DNA of 62,210 nucleotides, counting the filler, from Basidiobolus meristosporus CBS 931.73 (lineage: Eukaryota; Fungi; Basidiobolomycota), in assembly GCA_002104905.1 (NCBI GenBank). It is 4 parts of 4 records of this genome, joined end to end, with 100 filler letters (N's around TTAATTAATTAA, not from the genome) between each part and the next. Parts side by side here need not be neighbours in the genome. Positions count along the whole stretch, not along the records: positions 40,062 to 53,222 come from MCFE01001213.1; positions 53,323 to 62,210 come from MCFE01001333.1; 2 more parts are not named here. One strand, written 5' to 3'. Both the position numbers and the translations under genes were made by a program. Within the stretch, counting starts at the first letter, position 1. Each line of letters opens with the position of its first letter. Below are positions 47,150-61,239 of the stretch, one piece after another. The notes under the pieces are model-generated. The model saw only the letters and a program-made list of their open reading frames with translations. It did not search any database and was not told the origin of the DNA.

Positions 47150-50100
47150 TGTTGTAAAAATTCGTATTTTCCACCTAAATATTCACCTAACTTAGTCACT
47201 TAGATCATCATCTTCAAATCCTAGAGAATACTGACCAAATTCCTTGTCGGGATTTACTTAGAATATTTTCACCAAAATACCAGGTACCCAGAACATGAAA
47301 ATTCTCAAAGTTGTCCAAACAGCCCCAAACTTTGCACACATGTTCTTGGGACCTTCCTTAACCTATTCTACGTGTTTGTAGTGCCAAGACCATGTAAAAG
47401 TATAAATACTACTTTTACATTCAATAAATCATTAAGTGAAAACCACATAATCTACTTGTTCTCCAAATCACTTCCAATATCTCCAAGACTCTTACAACAG
47501 GTTATGAGCCCCAAGCTGTCACTCTCTGCAATGTCTACTACTGCTATTACTGGAATTTTTCCCTCTGCTGAAAAGTTGGATGGATCTAACTACCAAGTGT
47601 GGAAGGTGAAGATGAAGATGCTGCTACAAGAAAGAGGCCTTTGGGATATTGTCATGGGAGAAGAATGCCCTCCTAAAAACGTGGGAGAGGAAGCCTTGAA
47701 GTACCAGAAGAAAGAACAAAATGCCTTTAACTGCATTTGCCTTAATGTCAAGGACAAATTGCTAATTCAATGCTCAAGAGCAAAAACGGCAAAGAATGCC
47801 TGGAAGGCATTAGAAGACACCTACCAGTCATGTTCAGCTGCCAAGAAAATGTATCTGAGAAGAAAATTCTTTACTACAAAGATGCTGCCAGGAGAAGAAA
47901 TGAAAAATCTAATTAACAGAATTACCCTGCTGGTAGATGAGATGGAATCTGTGGGCGTACCAACTACTGATGAGGATGTGATAGTTACCATCCTGAATAG
48001 CCTGACAGACGAGTTTCAGGGCCTTGTATCAGCCCTAGAGTCCAGAACTGAAGATTTGACCTTAAATTACGTATATGGAAGGCTCCTGGATGAAGAATTA
48101 AGAAAATCAAGCGCCAATAAGAAGGAAGAAGAAAATGCTTTAATAAGCAATGATAACCAACAAAGGAGGTACCCAAGACCCTACAAAGGCAACAACAACC
48201 TATTTTGCAACTACTGCAAAAGGAAAGGACACACATCAGACCGGTGTTTCAAAAAGAGAGATTATCAGCAAAAGAAGCCTGAATATGGAAATGCTGCAAC
48301 AACTGAAGATAGACTATTCATATCTGCACTAAATATGACCACAAACAAGGATTCTCAGACGTGGTATATTGACTCTGGAGCTTCTCAACACTTTACACAC
48401 CAAAAAGAACTTCTTACCCAATATCAAGAAATTCCAATTAAGAAGGTTTTCATGGGTGACGATAGAACACTTGATGCAGTGGGAGAAGGAACTATCCAAG
48501 TAAACCTTAGAAGCAGTGAAGGAAGCCATACACTGACCTTTAAAGAAGTACTCTATGCACCAGAAATAGCCAAGAACCTACTCTCTGTAAGCAAGGCCAC
48601 AGCAGAAGGACTCAGTTTCAGTTTTGACAATTCTGGATGCAGGATCACTGATCAAAATGGTGCCCATATTGCTTCGGGCATCAGAGATCAGAATCTATAC
48701 AAGTTGACTTATATTCCATCATATCTGGAAGCCAATATAAGTAACTTAAATGAAGAAACACCAATGCTTTGGCACAGGAGATTTGGACACATCAATTTTG
48801 ATTATTTGCGTAAAATGATCAAAGATCAGCTAATTTCTGGAGTGAAAATTGATCCCCCAGCTAATTTGGAGCACTGTGAAGCCTGCATATATGGGAAACA
48901 AGCCAGACAACCGTTCAAGAGCTCTGGGTTAATCAAAACTAAGAAAAAATTAGATCTAATTCACTCAGATCTGTGTGGACCTATGCAAAATTTATCCTTA
49001 GGCGGGATGAAGTATTTAATCACTTTTATTGATGATTATACAAGATACACATGGGTCTACTTCATGGAGAGAAAGGAAGAAGCTCTGTCTAAGCTCAGGG
49101 AGTTCAAAGCCATGGTGGAGAGAGAAACTGGTGAAAAAATCAAGAAAATACGCTCTGACAATGGTGGAGAATATACCTCAAAACTCTTCATCCACTTCTG
49201 CAAAATTCATGGGATAAAGCAAGAGACTACTGTACCATACTCCCCACAGCAAAATGGAGTAGCAGAACGAGCTAACAGATCAATAATTGATATGGCAAGA
49301 TCTATGATCCATGATCAAAAATTATCCTATGATTTTTGGGCGGAATCAGTTGCCACTGCTGTATATCTTAAAAATAGGAGTTATAACAGAATACTTCGTG
49401 ATTCTACTCCATTTGAAGCATGGTATGGATACAGACCAAGTGCAGAACATCTAAGAATATTTGGGTGTACAGTATATGCCAAAAAACTGGCCGGAAATCA
49501 GTCAAAATTTGAGCCAAAAAGTGTAAAATGCATATTTTTGGGCTACTGCAATGAGAGTAAGGCATACAGACTCTACAATACCAAAGCAAAGAAGCTGATC
49601 AAGTCCAGGGATGTGTTGTTTGATGAAAATTCAAAATTTTCACAAAAAATGACATCAGATGATGACGAAAATTTGATCTCAAGTCCACCAATTGTCAGGA
49701 TTGAATCAGAGCAAAACAATGAAAATTTTTTCACTCCAGAGGACTCTACAACCGTGGTTCAGCCAGAATCAGTGCCCAGGAATATCCCAGAAGTGATCAT
49801 TCCAGTATCAAATGCCCGGAGATCCAATCGGACAAGAAATAGCCCAAATTACTATATCAATGAGGGTACAAACTTAGCCTATGCCTATTCAGTCCATGTT
49901 GATGAACCCCAGACTGTAAAAGAGGCCCTAAATAGCCCTCAGACGAAGTTTTGGAGATCTGCAATGACTGAGGAATATCAGGCCCTGATGGAAAATCAAA
50001 CTTGGGACTTAGTCAAATTACCAATCAACCGAAAATCAATTGGATGCAGATGGGTCTTCAAGACAAAATACAAGGCTGATGGTACAATTGAAAGATACAA

Positions 50101-51837
50101 AGCAAGACTTGTAGCCAAAGGATACTCTCAAACAAAAGGACTTGACTATACTGAGACCTTTGCACCGGTAGCCAAGTTTAATTCCATCAGATTAATATTG
50201 GCTATTGCAGCCAAATATAAGTTTTTTATTCATCAAATGGATGTAAAAACTGCATTTTTTGAATGGAGAACTTGATGAGGACGTGTATATGGACCAGCCT
50301 GATGGGTTTGCTGACCAAGATAACCCCCATTTGGTCTGCAAGCTTAAAAAGTCACTATATGGTCTCAAACAATCACCGAGAGCCTGGAATTGCAAGATAG
50401 ATTCTTATTTGGAATCTTTGAGTTTCAAAAGGAGTAATGCTGACTATAGTATATACTATAAGCTAGATAGAGCAAATCCAGTTCTATTAGCTCTATATGT
50501 GGATGATCTTATTATAGCCGCCAATAACCTAGAAACATTGGAAGAGACTAAATCCAGCCTATCTAAGGAGTTCAAGATGTCCGATCTAGGAGAACTTAGT
50601 TACTACTCAGGGATTAAGTTCTCCATAGACAGAAGTACCCAGACTATTACCCTAAGCCAATCCAAGTATATTCAAGATATCCTAAAGAAGTACAAAATGG
50701 AAGACTGTAAACCGGCAGCTACCCCAATGGAGACAAACCTTAACTTGGTCAAAACTCAACCAAATCAAGAGAGCTTGGTGCCATCTGAAAGCCCTGACTT
50801 TCCTTATCAATCTATGGTCGGCAGTCTGATGTATATCATGCTTGGAACACGTCCAGATATCTCATATTCAGTGGGAGTTGTCAGCCAACATAATCAGAAT
50901 TATGGATCTGATCATATTGCAGCAGTTAAGCGGATTTTTAGATACCTAAAAGGAACTGCTGATATCTGTTTAAGATACACTTATAAGGATTCAGAACAGG
51001 ATCTTGTGGGATACTCTGATGCTGATTGGGGACGAAATTTAGAAGACAGAAGATCCACCACAGGATACACCTTTCTTTACTGTAAAGGAGCCATTTCATG
51101 GAATTCAAGAAAGCAACCAACCGTAGCACTTTCTACTACAGAGGCAGAGTATATGGCAGCCTGTGAAGCTACAAAAGAAGCAATGTGGTTAAGAAAGCTC
51201 TTTACAGATTTAGGCCTATGTCAAAAAACGCCTATTACTTTATTTCAAGATAATCAAGGATGTATACAATTAGGTAGAAATCCAACTTTTCATGCTAGAA
51301 CCAAGCACATAGATATTAGACATCATTTCATACGTGAAGCTATAGAGAATAACTTAGTTAGCTTAGTTTACTGTCCTACAGATGAAATGATTGCAGACAT
51401 ATTTACCAAACCATTAGCTAGAGACAAGTTTGAATATCTTAGGTCAAAATTAGGACTAGTCAGTATGAACATTTAGCTGAGTGGGAGTGTTGTAAAAATT
51501 CGTATTTTCCACCTAAATATTCACCTAACTTAGTCACTTAGATCATCATCTTCAAATCCTAGAGAATACTGACCAAATTCCTTGTCGGGATTTACTTAGA
51601 ATATTTTCACCAAAATACCAGGTACCCAGAACATGAAAATTCTCAAAGTTGTCCAAACAGCCCCAAACTTTGCACACATGTTCTTGGGACCTTCCTTAAC
51701 CTATTCTACGTGTTTGTAGTGCCAAGACCATGTAAAAGTATAAATACTACTTTTACATTCAATAAATCATTAAGTGAAAACCACATAATCTACTTGTTCT
51801 CCAAATCACTTCCAATATCTCCAAGACTCTTACAACA
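47150..51837 (+). mobile_element. Family D Ty1/copia, near-intact
   Basis: 350-bp LTRs 47150-47499 and 51488-51837, identical by eye; 5-bp TSD GAAAG; PBS GGTTATGAGCCC (half tRNA-iMet); PPT before 51488. Confidence 0.97.
47504..51476 (+). CDS. gag-pol: Copia Gag-PR-INT-RT-RH polyprotein with one +1 frameshift in RT
   Basis: CNYCKRKGHTSDRC, WYIDSGAS, LWHRRFGH, HSDLCGP, RSDNGGEY, HQMDVKTAF, LYVDDLII, SDADWG. T6 at 50255-50260 versus T5 in the sibling at ~52652. Confidence 0.92.
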
Positions 51838-53222
51838 GAAAGGTGTATCCTGTGGTGGATCTTCTGTCTTCTAAATTTTGTCCCCAATCTGCATCAGAGT
51901 ATCCCACAAGATCCTGTTCTGAATCCTTATAAGTATATCTTAAGCAGATATCAGCAGTTCCTTTTAGGTATCTAAAAATCTACTTAACTGCTGCAATATG
52001 ATCAGATCCATAGTTCTGATTATGTTGGCTTACAACTCCCACTGAATATGAGATATCTGGACGTGTTCCAAGCATGATATACATCAGACTGCTGATCATA
52101 GACTGATAAGGAAAGCCAGGGCTTTCAGATGCACCAAGCTCTCTTGATTTGGTTGAGTTTTGACCAAGTTAAGGTTTGTCTCCATTGGGGTAGCTGCCGG
52201 TTTACAGTCTTCCATTTTGTACTTCTTTAGTATATCTTGAATATACTTGGATTGACTTAGGGTGATAGTCTGGGTACTTCTGTCTATGGAGAACTTAATC
52301 CCTAAGTAGTAACTAAGTTCTCCTAGATTGGACATCTTGAACTCCTTAGATAGGCTGGATTTAGTCTCTTCCAATGTTTCTAGGTTATTGGCAGCTATAA
52401 TAAGATCATCCACATATAGAGCTAATAGAACTGGATTTGCTCTATCTGGCTTATAGTATATACTATAGTCAGCATTACTTCTTTTGAAACTCAAAGATTC
52501 CAAATAAGAATCTATCTTGCAATTCCAGGCTCTTGGTGATTGTTTGAGACCATATAGTGACTTTTTAAGCTTGCAGACCAAATGGGGGTTATCTTGGTCA
52601 ACAAACCCATCAGGCTGGTCCATATACACGTCCTCATCAAGTTCTCCATTCAAAAATGCAGTTTTTACATCCATTTGATGAATAAAAAACTTATATTTGG
52701 CTGCAATAGCCAATATTAATCTGATGGAATTAAACTTGGCTACCGGTGCAAAGGTCTCAGTATAGTCAAGTCCTTTTGTTTGAGAGTATCCTTTGGCTAC
52801 AAGTCTTGCTTTGTATCTTTCAATTGTACCATCAGCCTTGTATTTTGTCTTGAAGACCCATCTGCATCCAATTGATTTTTGGTTGATTGGTAATTTGACT
52901 AAGTCCCAAGTTTGATTTTCCATCAGTGCCTGATATTCCTCAGTCATTGCAGATCTCCAAAACTTTGTCTGAGGGCTATTTAGGGCCTCTTTTACAGTCT
53001 GGGGTTCATCAACATGGACTGAATAGGCATAGGCTAAGTTTGTACCCTCATTGATATAGTAATTTGGGCTATTTCTTGTCAGATTTGATCTCCGGGCATT
53101 TGATACTGGAATGATCACTTCTGGGATATTCCTGGGCACTGATTCTGGCTGAACCATGGTTGTAGAGTCCTCTGGAGTGAAAAAATTTTCATTGTTTTGC
53201 TCTGTTTCAATCCTGACAATTG

Positions 53223-53322
53223 NNNNNNNNNNNNNNNNNNNNNNNNNNNNNNNNNNNNNNNNNNNNTTAATTAATTAANNNNNNNNNNNNNNNNNNNNNN
53301 NNNNNNNNNNNNNNNNNNNNNN
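53223..53322. other. Scaffold gap with TTAATTAATTAA pad
   Basis: 100-bp N run. Confidence 0.97.
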
Positions 53323-54340
53323 GGGTGCTGTAGTAGCAGAGGTATAGTGCCTTCAGCTTTTATGCTTGCAGTATAGCTGCTTGGATCCTGTACAAACACC
53401 TGACATCAAAGCTGGGATGCATCAATTTACCATTGGTGATCCACTTTTAACAATGTTCCTACAGTGTCAACATATGGCTCCCAATGCTTCCAGTGTGCTC
53501 TTGGCAAAAACAGCCTCAGAAGGCCACTGGGATAAATACATTTTCAGTTTATTCAGTCCATGCTTTTGTATTGCCACCTATGCACATGCATATTGATTGA
53601 TGACTGTTTTCCATTTGTGCCATGCACATGGTTAGTTGTATGCCTGAATGCTTTTGGCAATAGGTAGGAGAAAATCCTCAAAGGCCTCATTAGTGATATT
53701 AGTGGTAACAAGCCACTTTTCTAGCCACAACATCATATTATTCACCAGAAAATGAATTACTATGCACACTTGGCTCTACAGAGTATCCTTGGCATTTTTT
53801 TCTTCTGGTTTTGTCTTATTGCATATTGAGATTTTGCCTGGCTCATGCAAGGTACTGATGTGATGGAAGATAGGCTCATAATCTGTCATTGGGCCTTCTA
53901 CTTCCAAGCTATAACTCTGCATGCCATATTCAGAAGGCTGATGTGAGCCTAAAGGTGCCACAAAGTCACCTGACTCAGTTTGCACAAGGTGACAAGTACA
54001 ACTAGGTGTCATTATGGATGTATCAAGCAGATGGCAAGATATTGTTGGTACAGCACTGACCAAAGAATGATCAAGTATGACTTGTGCGGCAAAACATTGT
54101 CCATGTTCCTTATGTTACTTCCTATCCAGTCTGCATGCATTACGGCTGATAGTATTTTACAATAGCTACATGGACATTTTTTGCTTCTCTTATAGCATTG
54201 CATCAAAGTGGTCTTCCCCACAGGGCAAGAAGTTTGAAACTCCACAACATGATGCTGTTATATCATTTTTTTGTCAATACCCCCATGAATTCAAGACTGC
54301 CCCTGTATTTGATATATTTCACCTATATAAGTGTAAAATT
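53323..54340 (-). pseudogene. Internally deleted CACTA transposase copy
   Basis: Minus strand matches 57240-57800, then jumps to the KSTLEALG region. Confidence 0.68.
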
Positions 54341-54444
54341 CAGTGATTACCTGCTACAGTAAGCATTATTAGTAAAGTTGTGGTACCACATACACATGTA
54401 CATGTAACAATAATCCCCCCTTGGTTTGACTCACTTCTATATAT

Positions 54445-55053
54445 ATGCCACCAAAAGATAAAGTAAAGTTGTCTGAAGCTCAACTAAGCCCCACTGTTGA
54501 TAGTAGCAGAAGCACAGTTGGACAACAGCCTATACTGGCAGTTGGTGCAACAATCAGGGCTACATCCAAAAAAGACTGTGTTGACAGTGTGCCTATTGAA
54601 GGTAATAATGTGGACTCCTCAGGCTCTCAGTCAAGTGGGCAAATGAGAATCTCTGTGGAGCTGCAAGCTGAAAATATTGCTCCAGCAGATGAGAGTGTAG
54701 CAAATGCGGTACCCTTGGTTGAAGACATGTATGTGAACATGAAAACATCACCATCACCTGTATTAGCAAGTATATTGTCAGCTTGTATCACAGCAGTAAT
54801 CAGGGTACTAGGTACAGTGGCTGACAGGATAGATGCAATGACCCAGTGAGATCAGGAAAAATACCAGTGACAGGAAGAGTTGATAATACATGTAGAGCAA
54901 TCAATACTCAAAGTAAAGAACAAGGTATCTTTGCTGCAAAGAAGGAACTCTAGTAGCTCAATGTCCCAGCCAATAATTATGCCATTTCTAAGTGTACTAG
55001 CATGTGAAGTCCATACAGTCTTTGAAGCACATGAACAGTGCCTAAATATCAAG
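54445..55053 (+). pseudogene. Decayed ORF of unknown function, cut by a family A LTR
   Basis: Frame continues past TGA stops at 54847 and ~54868, consistent with CGA>TGA; possibly a TE accessory gene. Confidence 0.35.
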
Positions 55054-55345
55054 TGTTACAAGTTTTGATATCAGAGTTGTGGAGGAATAGGGAGTTCAGC
55101 TAGTATTTTGTTGACTAAAACTTGAACTGATTTTTATTCAGGTTCCAACTGCTCCTTATATGCATTTTGCCAGATTAATTGCTGACTAATCCCATTTCCT
55201 AGTGTAGATTGTGGCTAATGAATCTTTTGATTCCATCATCATCACCAAATTAGATCCTACATAATATTTCTATTTCTGTCTGATAAGGATCTGTTAATTC
55301 ATTTGCTGACAAATGCTACAGGGTTAATAGATTACACTGATATAC
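55054..55345 (-). repeat. Partial family A LTR
   Basis: Reverse complement of the family A LTR 3' part, starting TGTTACAAG. Confidence 0.85.
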
Positions 55346-55360
55346 TGTAGAGCTATGTTT

Positions 55361-55462
55361 TGCACTCTGTTGCCAAGTATAGGTTGACCTGGCATCTCTG
55401 GTGCACAATGATATTTTTGGGCACTCATGCCTCATTGTGGCACCATTCAATGGGAAAAGACT
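55361..55462. repeat. Terminal fragment of the foldback family
   Basis: Aligns to 30490-30593 and ends AGACT; a shorter end fragment lies at 61210-61239. Confidence 0.75.
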
Positions 55463-57239
55463 GATAATCAGCAAACTTTCAAACACTAATTTATAGGTAG
55501 ATAAACTGAACTGTATCTGTTGCCTATGTACTACTTCATGTTACACCAATAATTAAGTGGGCTCCTCATTATTTTGAGACTTGAACTGCAAAAATTTAAT
55601 GATTGGCTTAGAAACTTAATGCTAAGATATGTATTTTCAAATGAAATAAACTGGTAGTTAACCATCTTGCCTTTTGAAATAACTAATATTTCAATATATG
55701 TCAAGGCTCACATACAATCTGTATTAACTAGTATATGAGTATACTATTAGAATTTTATTTCAGATAAGATTAATTTCATCCTTAATGCTGATCTCCTACC
55801 CATTTATCTATGAATTAGTGTCATTCATTGATTGGAGTATATTTCCCAGATATGTCATATATCTCAGAATAATACCTGTTGCTTGGTAGCTGTGCCTCTA
55901 GGCTTTCTGCTGGTATGCATTCAAGCATTATCAGCTTATAATTGGCAAATTCAACATGCAGACTTTTACCTGGTAGATTTAGATCATGCAGAGCTTTAGT
56001 ATATTTGTAATTTCAATCAGAGTATTCTCATTATTACTACAATGTTTAAGTTGTTACCTATACTTTCATGCTAATTTCCTACACAGAGCTTCTCCTGTGA
56101 AATGCATTCTTTCCTGTCCAAACTTCTAGTTGGGAATAACTTGCAATGTTTTCACTAAATTGTTTAGTACTTGGGTTAGAGCTTTCTCAAGGTTTTCTAC
56201 AAGACCCCTAACAAATGCTATGAATTTGTTTGCTCTACTTTCACCAAAGTATACTAATTTACTCTAGATCAATATATCTTCAAGTAAATAGCATGTAAGC
56301 CCACTAGTTCCTTTCATTGCTTCAAACACTTCTTAGAATGTTGCTACATTTATGTCCATTATTGGAGCAGTGTAGTAACTTCCCTTATAAATTGTTAAAT
56401 GATATGGTGGGACCAATGCTGGTCAGTATTATGGTTGCTTCATTCTGCACCAGTTAGCACAGTGTTTTCTCTTCTAGCCCAATGCTTTCAGTGATATTTA
56501 GGCTATGTTTTCTTCCTTGCTGATTGCCCACTGAAGCTATGCCATCTGATGTGCACTGCCTTCTACAATTGACCTACCCAGATCATATGTATTCTTTTGA
56601 ACTAGGCCAAACTTTCTTGAACCAATATTTTGGTTACCATAGCTGTAACATACATTTGCAACTTGACAGGTTTGATTTGAAAACATGGAATACCACCACC
56701 AAAGTGATAGCTATTCAACAAGGCTTTATTCTGAGCAGGACATAAATGGCTTACAATATGTGTACTATTGAGCTTATTCAGTACGGTCCAATTTGTTACT
56801 TTCTATAAATTAATAATAACACCTCTATTATACTATTGTTACTTTTGATTAAGTATTCCAGCCAAAAGCTTTGCTGACAGCATTAACAGGCAAGCTCACA
56901 ATCTGCTACTCCTATTACTGCCTTCAGGTTAGGGCTTGGTACCACTGCTCTATTTACAAGCTCAGGTAAATTGACTTCCATTGTTCACCAATATATTTCT
57001 GTGGCATCTGATTTCTACTTTGGTGTGAACAGCTCTGCTGCTGTTGCAAGCAACAATACTCCATTATCCTTGAGTATCACCTATGCACATCATGTCTTGT
57101 CATCAACAGACATTCAGTCTGACTGGAATCTTGTAAGATAGGCCTACAGTAAGTGGCAGGTCATCATTGAATCTTATATTCATGTTGGTGCAATGTCTCA
57201 AATTAACATGAGTTTGGACAAAAAATGATATAAAAGCAT

Positions 57240-59590
57240 TGCATTGTAGAGTGTCAAGATATTTGCCCTATGGACAAAGCTACTCTGATTCTACGCTGTA
57301 AGAGAAGTGAAACAAGACCCTGTGGTTATTGTAGAAAGTCTCTCAGCCATGAAGTATGCCAACAGCATAGGAAGTATTACAAGGATCTTAGCCAGTGTTT
57401 TGCCACACTAGTCATATTTGACTATTCACCAGTCTCTACTGTACCAACAATATCTTGCTGGTCATCCAATACTGATATAACAGCACCTAGCTGTACTTGT
57501 CACCTTGCACAAACTGAGTCTGGTGAGTTTCTGATGCCTTTAGGCTTACACTAGCCTTCTGAATATGGCATGCAGAGTGATAGCTCTGAGAATGCAGTCT
57601 CACTGATGTATTGTGGGCCTATCTTTGCTAACAACAGTACCTTGCATGAGCCTGGCAAAATTCCATTATGCAATAACACAACTCTAGTGAAAAGAGTAAT
57701 TCATCTATTGGGGAATGATGTGATGTTGTGGCTAGAGAAGTGGTGCATTTCCACTAATATCAGTAATGGTGGCTTTGAGGATTTGCTACTACTTCTTACC
57801 AAAATCATCCTAGAATGTAACTCATCTGGTATGAAGTGTGAATGAACAACCATCATGCAACTGGCATTATATGACTCAGATACAGTCCTGATACCCGCAT
57901 GTGTCAACAGTTGCATGGCAATCACTTCAGAAAATGCCACCATTGCAAGGTGTCCAGCTTATCAGGAATCCACCACCATTGGGGGAAAACATTGCTCACA
58001 CTCCAGATATATTCCAGTAATAACCTGTCTACTGAAGCTCTTGCAGTTTAACAAATACTGTGAGGCTATAAAGTACTACACTCAGTATCAATCAAGCACA
58101 AACAAATCCAGTATATATGATGGCAAACACCACAAACAGCTAAGAAGTAAGGGCTACTGTGAAGGTATTTATGATTTGCCTTTGCCTTAGCACTTGATGG
58201 ATACTCATTAGACAAGTACTCTATCAGCAAATCCTGCTGGCCACAGATTTTTATCAACCTGAATCTGCCACAGACCTTACTGTATCATATCAGTAATGGG
58301 GGCTTTAAAGACTTCCTGCCACCTCTTGCCAAAATTATACCAGGATGCAACATACCATGTACATGGTATATATGGACAGCTGTTATGTAGCTGGCAAAAT
58401 ATGACCCAGAGACTGTCCTGATTCCAGCATGAGTAAGCAGTTGCATGTCATTCACATCAAAAAATGCCACCATTGCAAGGAGTCCAGCTTGTCAGTAATC
58501 CACCACTATTGGGGGAAAACATTGTTCACACTTCAGATATATTCTGGTGATACCCCATCTAAACAAGCTCATGCAGTCCAATAATTATTGGGAAGCCATA
58601 AATAACCACACTCAGTATCAATCAAGCGCAAACATACGCAATTTATTTGATGACAAATATTTGGACAAGCTAAAAAGCAAGGTCTACTTTGAAGGTATGT
58701 ACCACTAAGCCTTTTCCTTAACACTTGACAGATTTTCATTAAAGAAGTACTCTACCAGCAAATACTGCTGGCCATTAATACACTTCACCCTGAATCTGCT
58801 GCCTACCTTACAATATTAGAGCAGAAATCTAATAGTAGTCTTGCTGGTTTCTGGGCCTATATTACCATCCAACCTGCATAGTTACTTGTATCCATTGCTA
58901 ACTGAATTTTATATGCTTTGCAGTGGGATAACAGTCAATGGCCATCATGTCAATTGCAAACTATTATCTGCATTGCAGAAGCTCCAGCCATCAGCAAGAT
59001 AGCCATCAGCATGCAATTACCGCAAAGTTAGCACACTATAAGCCATTGGGTGAAATATGGTATTAATTGGAGACTAAGCATACTTTAGATAGAGGGTATC
59101 TGCTATAGCAAATGCTTTCCACTGGGAGCAATCCATAAGCTCTTCAAAAACATCCTTTTACTGATGATTAAGTTGTACAGGGGGCATTTCAAGCTAAATG
59201 AGCTCATTGATATACCAGGAAATTTGAAAGAGTTGTAAAATATTACAGAGTATTCACTACCCTCAGTACTTCTCACAGGCTTCAATCAACATTCATACTC
59301 ATATGCACCAATAAAAGTGTAAGGACTGGATGAACTGAATATGTATTTATTTGAGTTGCCTTGTGAAGCAATTCCTACCAAGAGTACATTGGAAGCATTG
59401 GGAGTCATATGTGGACATTGTAGGAATATTTATCCAGAAGCAGATCACCAATGCCAACTTTATGCATCTACGGCTGTTGTTCAGGGAGCTTGCTACCGGA
59501 TTGGGGCAGCTATACTAGAAACAAAAAGCTGAATGCTTGGCTCTCTGCCATTACTGTACCTATTCTTGATCAAATAGCTGTACCAGTGTA
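57240..59590 (+). pseudogene. Decayed CACTA/En-Spm transposase with internal ~530-bp tandem duplication
   Basis: PACVNSCM..CP (N-terminal Cys motif), LDGYS..CWP..NLNLP and GP.LPSNLHSYLYPLLTEF fit Transposase_21/Tnp2; duplicated units start at 57757 and 58287. Confidence 0.78.
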
Positions 59591-59825
59591 ACAGATGATG
59601 TATACATATGCAGGGTGTTTATTTATAGAGATTCTGTCTCAAATGTATGACAACCTTGATATTGCTTATAACAAAAACTTAGTGATCACTGATTTGCAAT
59701 GGCTTGATTTAGATTGCATAAAAAAATATATTGCTTGGATCATGTCAAATAATAGCAATCCAACTCAATTGCATCATCTTATCCTAGGTTTTTTTTGCAG
59801 GGATTACTACTGAAGCTTTTGGTAA

Positions 59826-61000
59826 TCATTCACTTTGCACACCTAAACTACTTCCTTGCTGACTCTCCTCTTGGCTATTTGTGTAGTTGTAATCAGTATT
59901 TTGCCTCCTAGTTGGTGAGTGCAATGCTGCAGCTTGGCTGTGTGGAATTGCTCCAGATGATGCTACTGAGCTGGCCTTCAATACTATGTGCTGATGCGTT
60001 CTTTTACTTACCAAAGGCTCTAGTGGTGGAGGCCCTCCATATGGGTCATCATCTGTCAGTTCACCAGAAGAAACTTGCTGATGGTTAGGTATAATGGCAA
60101 GTGCAGGTGTAACTTGATGTGCTGGCATGGCCCTTGACTGAGTTTGATATGATGCTGCTTGATGACGCAACTTGGTCTGCTCCAGTGGACTTGTTTCTGA
60201 ATGAGCAGTTTGGCATGTTCTTGTGGTTTTGCTCTGAAGTGTTCACATTGACCCAACATGCAATGACTCAATGCAGGGTGCTCTTGAGAAGGGTGTTGAC
60301 ATAGATTGGACTGATGTGCGTCAGTGTGCTGAAGTTGCAAGGGATGGTAAGGAATCTAGCAAGGAGTGCTGGCACAATCTAGATGCTTTTGCGTGTGGTC
60401 AGTATTTTTCCTCTTGAAGCTCACCTTCTGATTCTGCAAGGTAATCACCTGCTATATGTGTGATACTTCTGAACTGTTGCCTGGATGAGTCCTGAGTATA
60501 TTTCTCTCAGAAGCCACTTAGCACTACTATTTATCATGTAATACATTAGTCACTTGTGGCAAAAACTAATTTAAGATCTCTGTGGTTCCCAAAGTTGAGG
60601 CAAAGACAGATATGTCCTGCCTGTACCTTGCAAATTGTGCGCAAAATTGTTCCTGCACAGCTTCCTCATCAAATCCTCTCACTCTCAGCTCATTCTTAAT
60701 TTCAATACTTGTCTTGTTATATATCTTCCTACATACATCTGCAGGCACATTGATGTAGAACTCATGTCACAGCTTTCTACTCAGGTTCTTCCATCACTGT
60801 TGACTCTCTGAGGTATCTAGTTATGCTAGATTAATGAGTAGTGCCCAAACATCTGTATGAAGGCTCATCATAGACATTTGTGCCATACTAAACTCATTTG
60901 GCAAGAACCCAAACAGATTCAACATCTACTTCTCTGGTCTGGACCCTGCTTGTGAGCTGGGGGATGGGTTTTGTCTGAGTTGTACAGAGGATGAGTTGAA
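59826..61000 (-). pseudogene. Decayed ORF, unknown, possibly a CACTA accessory gene
   Basis: Coding-like frames broken by TAA/TAG/TGA at apparent CAA/CAG/CGA codons. Confidence 0.3.
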
Positions 61001-61239
61001 GCTTGGTACAAGGACCATAGTGACAGATTCAGATACCTATACAACCTGGTCTTATATGAAATATTCATGCTAACTAATGAAATGTTAAGTTTTCCATATA
61101 TTGTGCATGATGCATGTCAGATTGCATTTGTGTGGATTGGATCCCATCAATTGCAGATTTATAGTGCCATAGCGTCCCAGATCAATATGGAACTATAAAC
61201 AGGCTGGCACAATGTGGCACTATCTAACAGAACAAGTCT

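Larger units (their letters stand above)
46384..53222 (-). mobile_element. Family D Ty1/copia, minus-strand copy (3' LTR 46384-46732, RH, RT) interrupted by a sibling, runs into gap
   Basis: ORFs 46705-47199 and 52096-53157 match family D RH and RT; LTR and PPT present. Confidence 0.9.

Noticed and set aside
55470-57230. AT-rich stretch with coding-like minus-strand frames
   Set aside because: Many stops and no recognisable motif; cannot assign.
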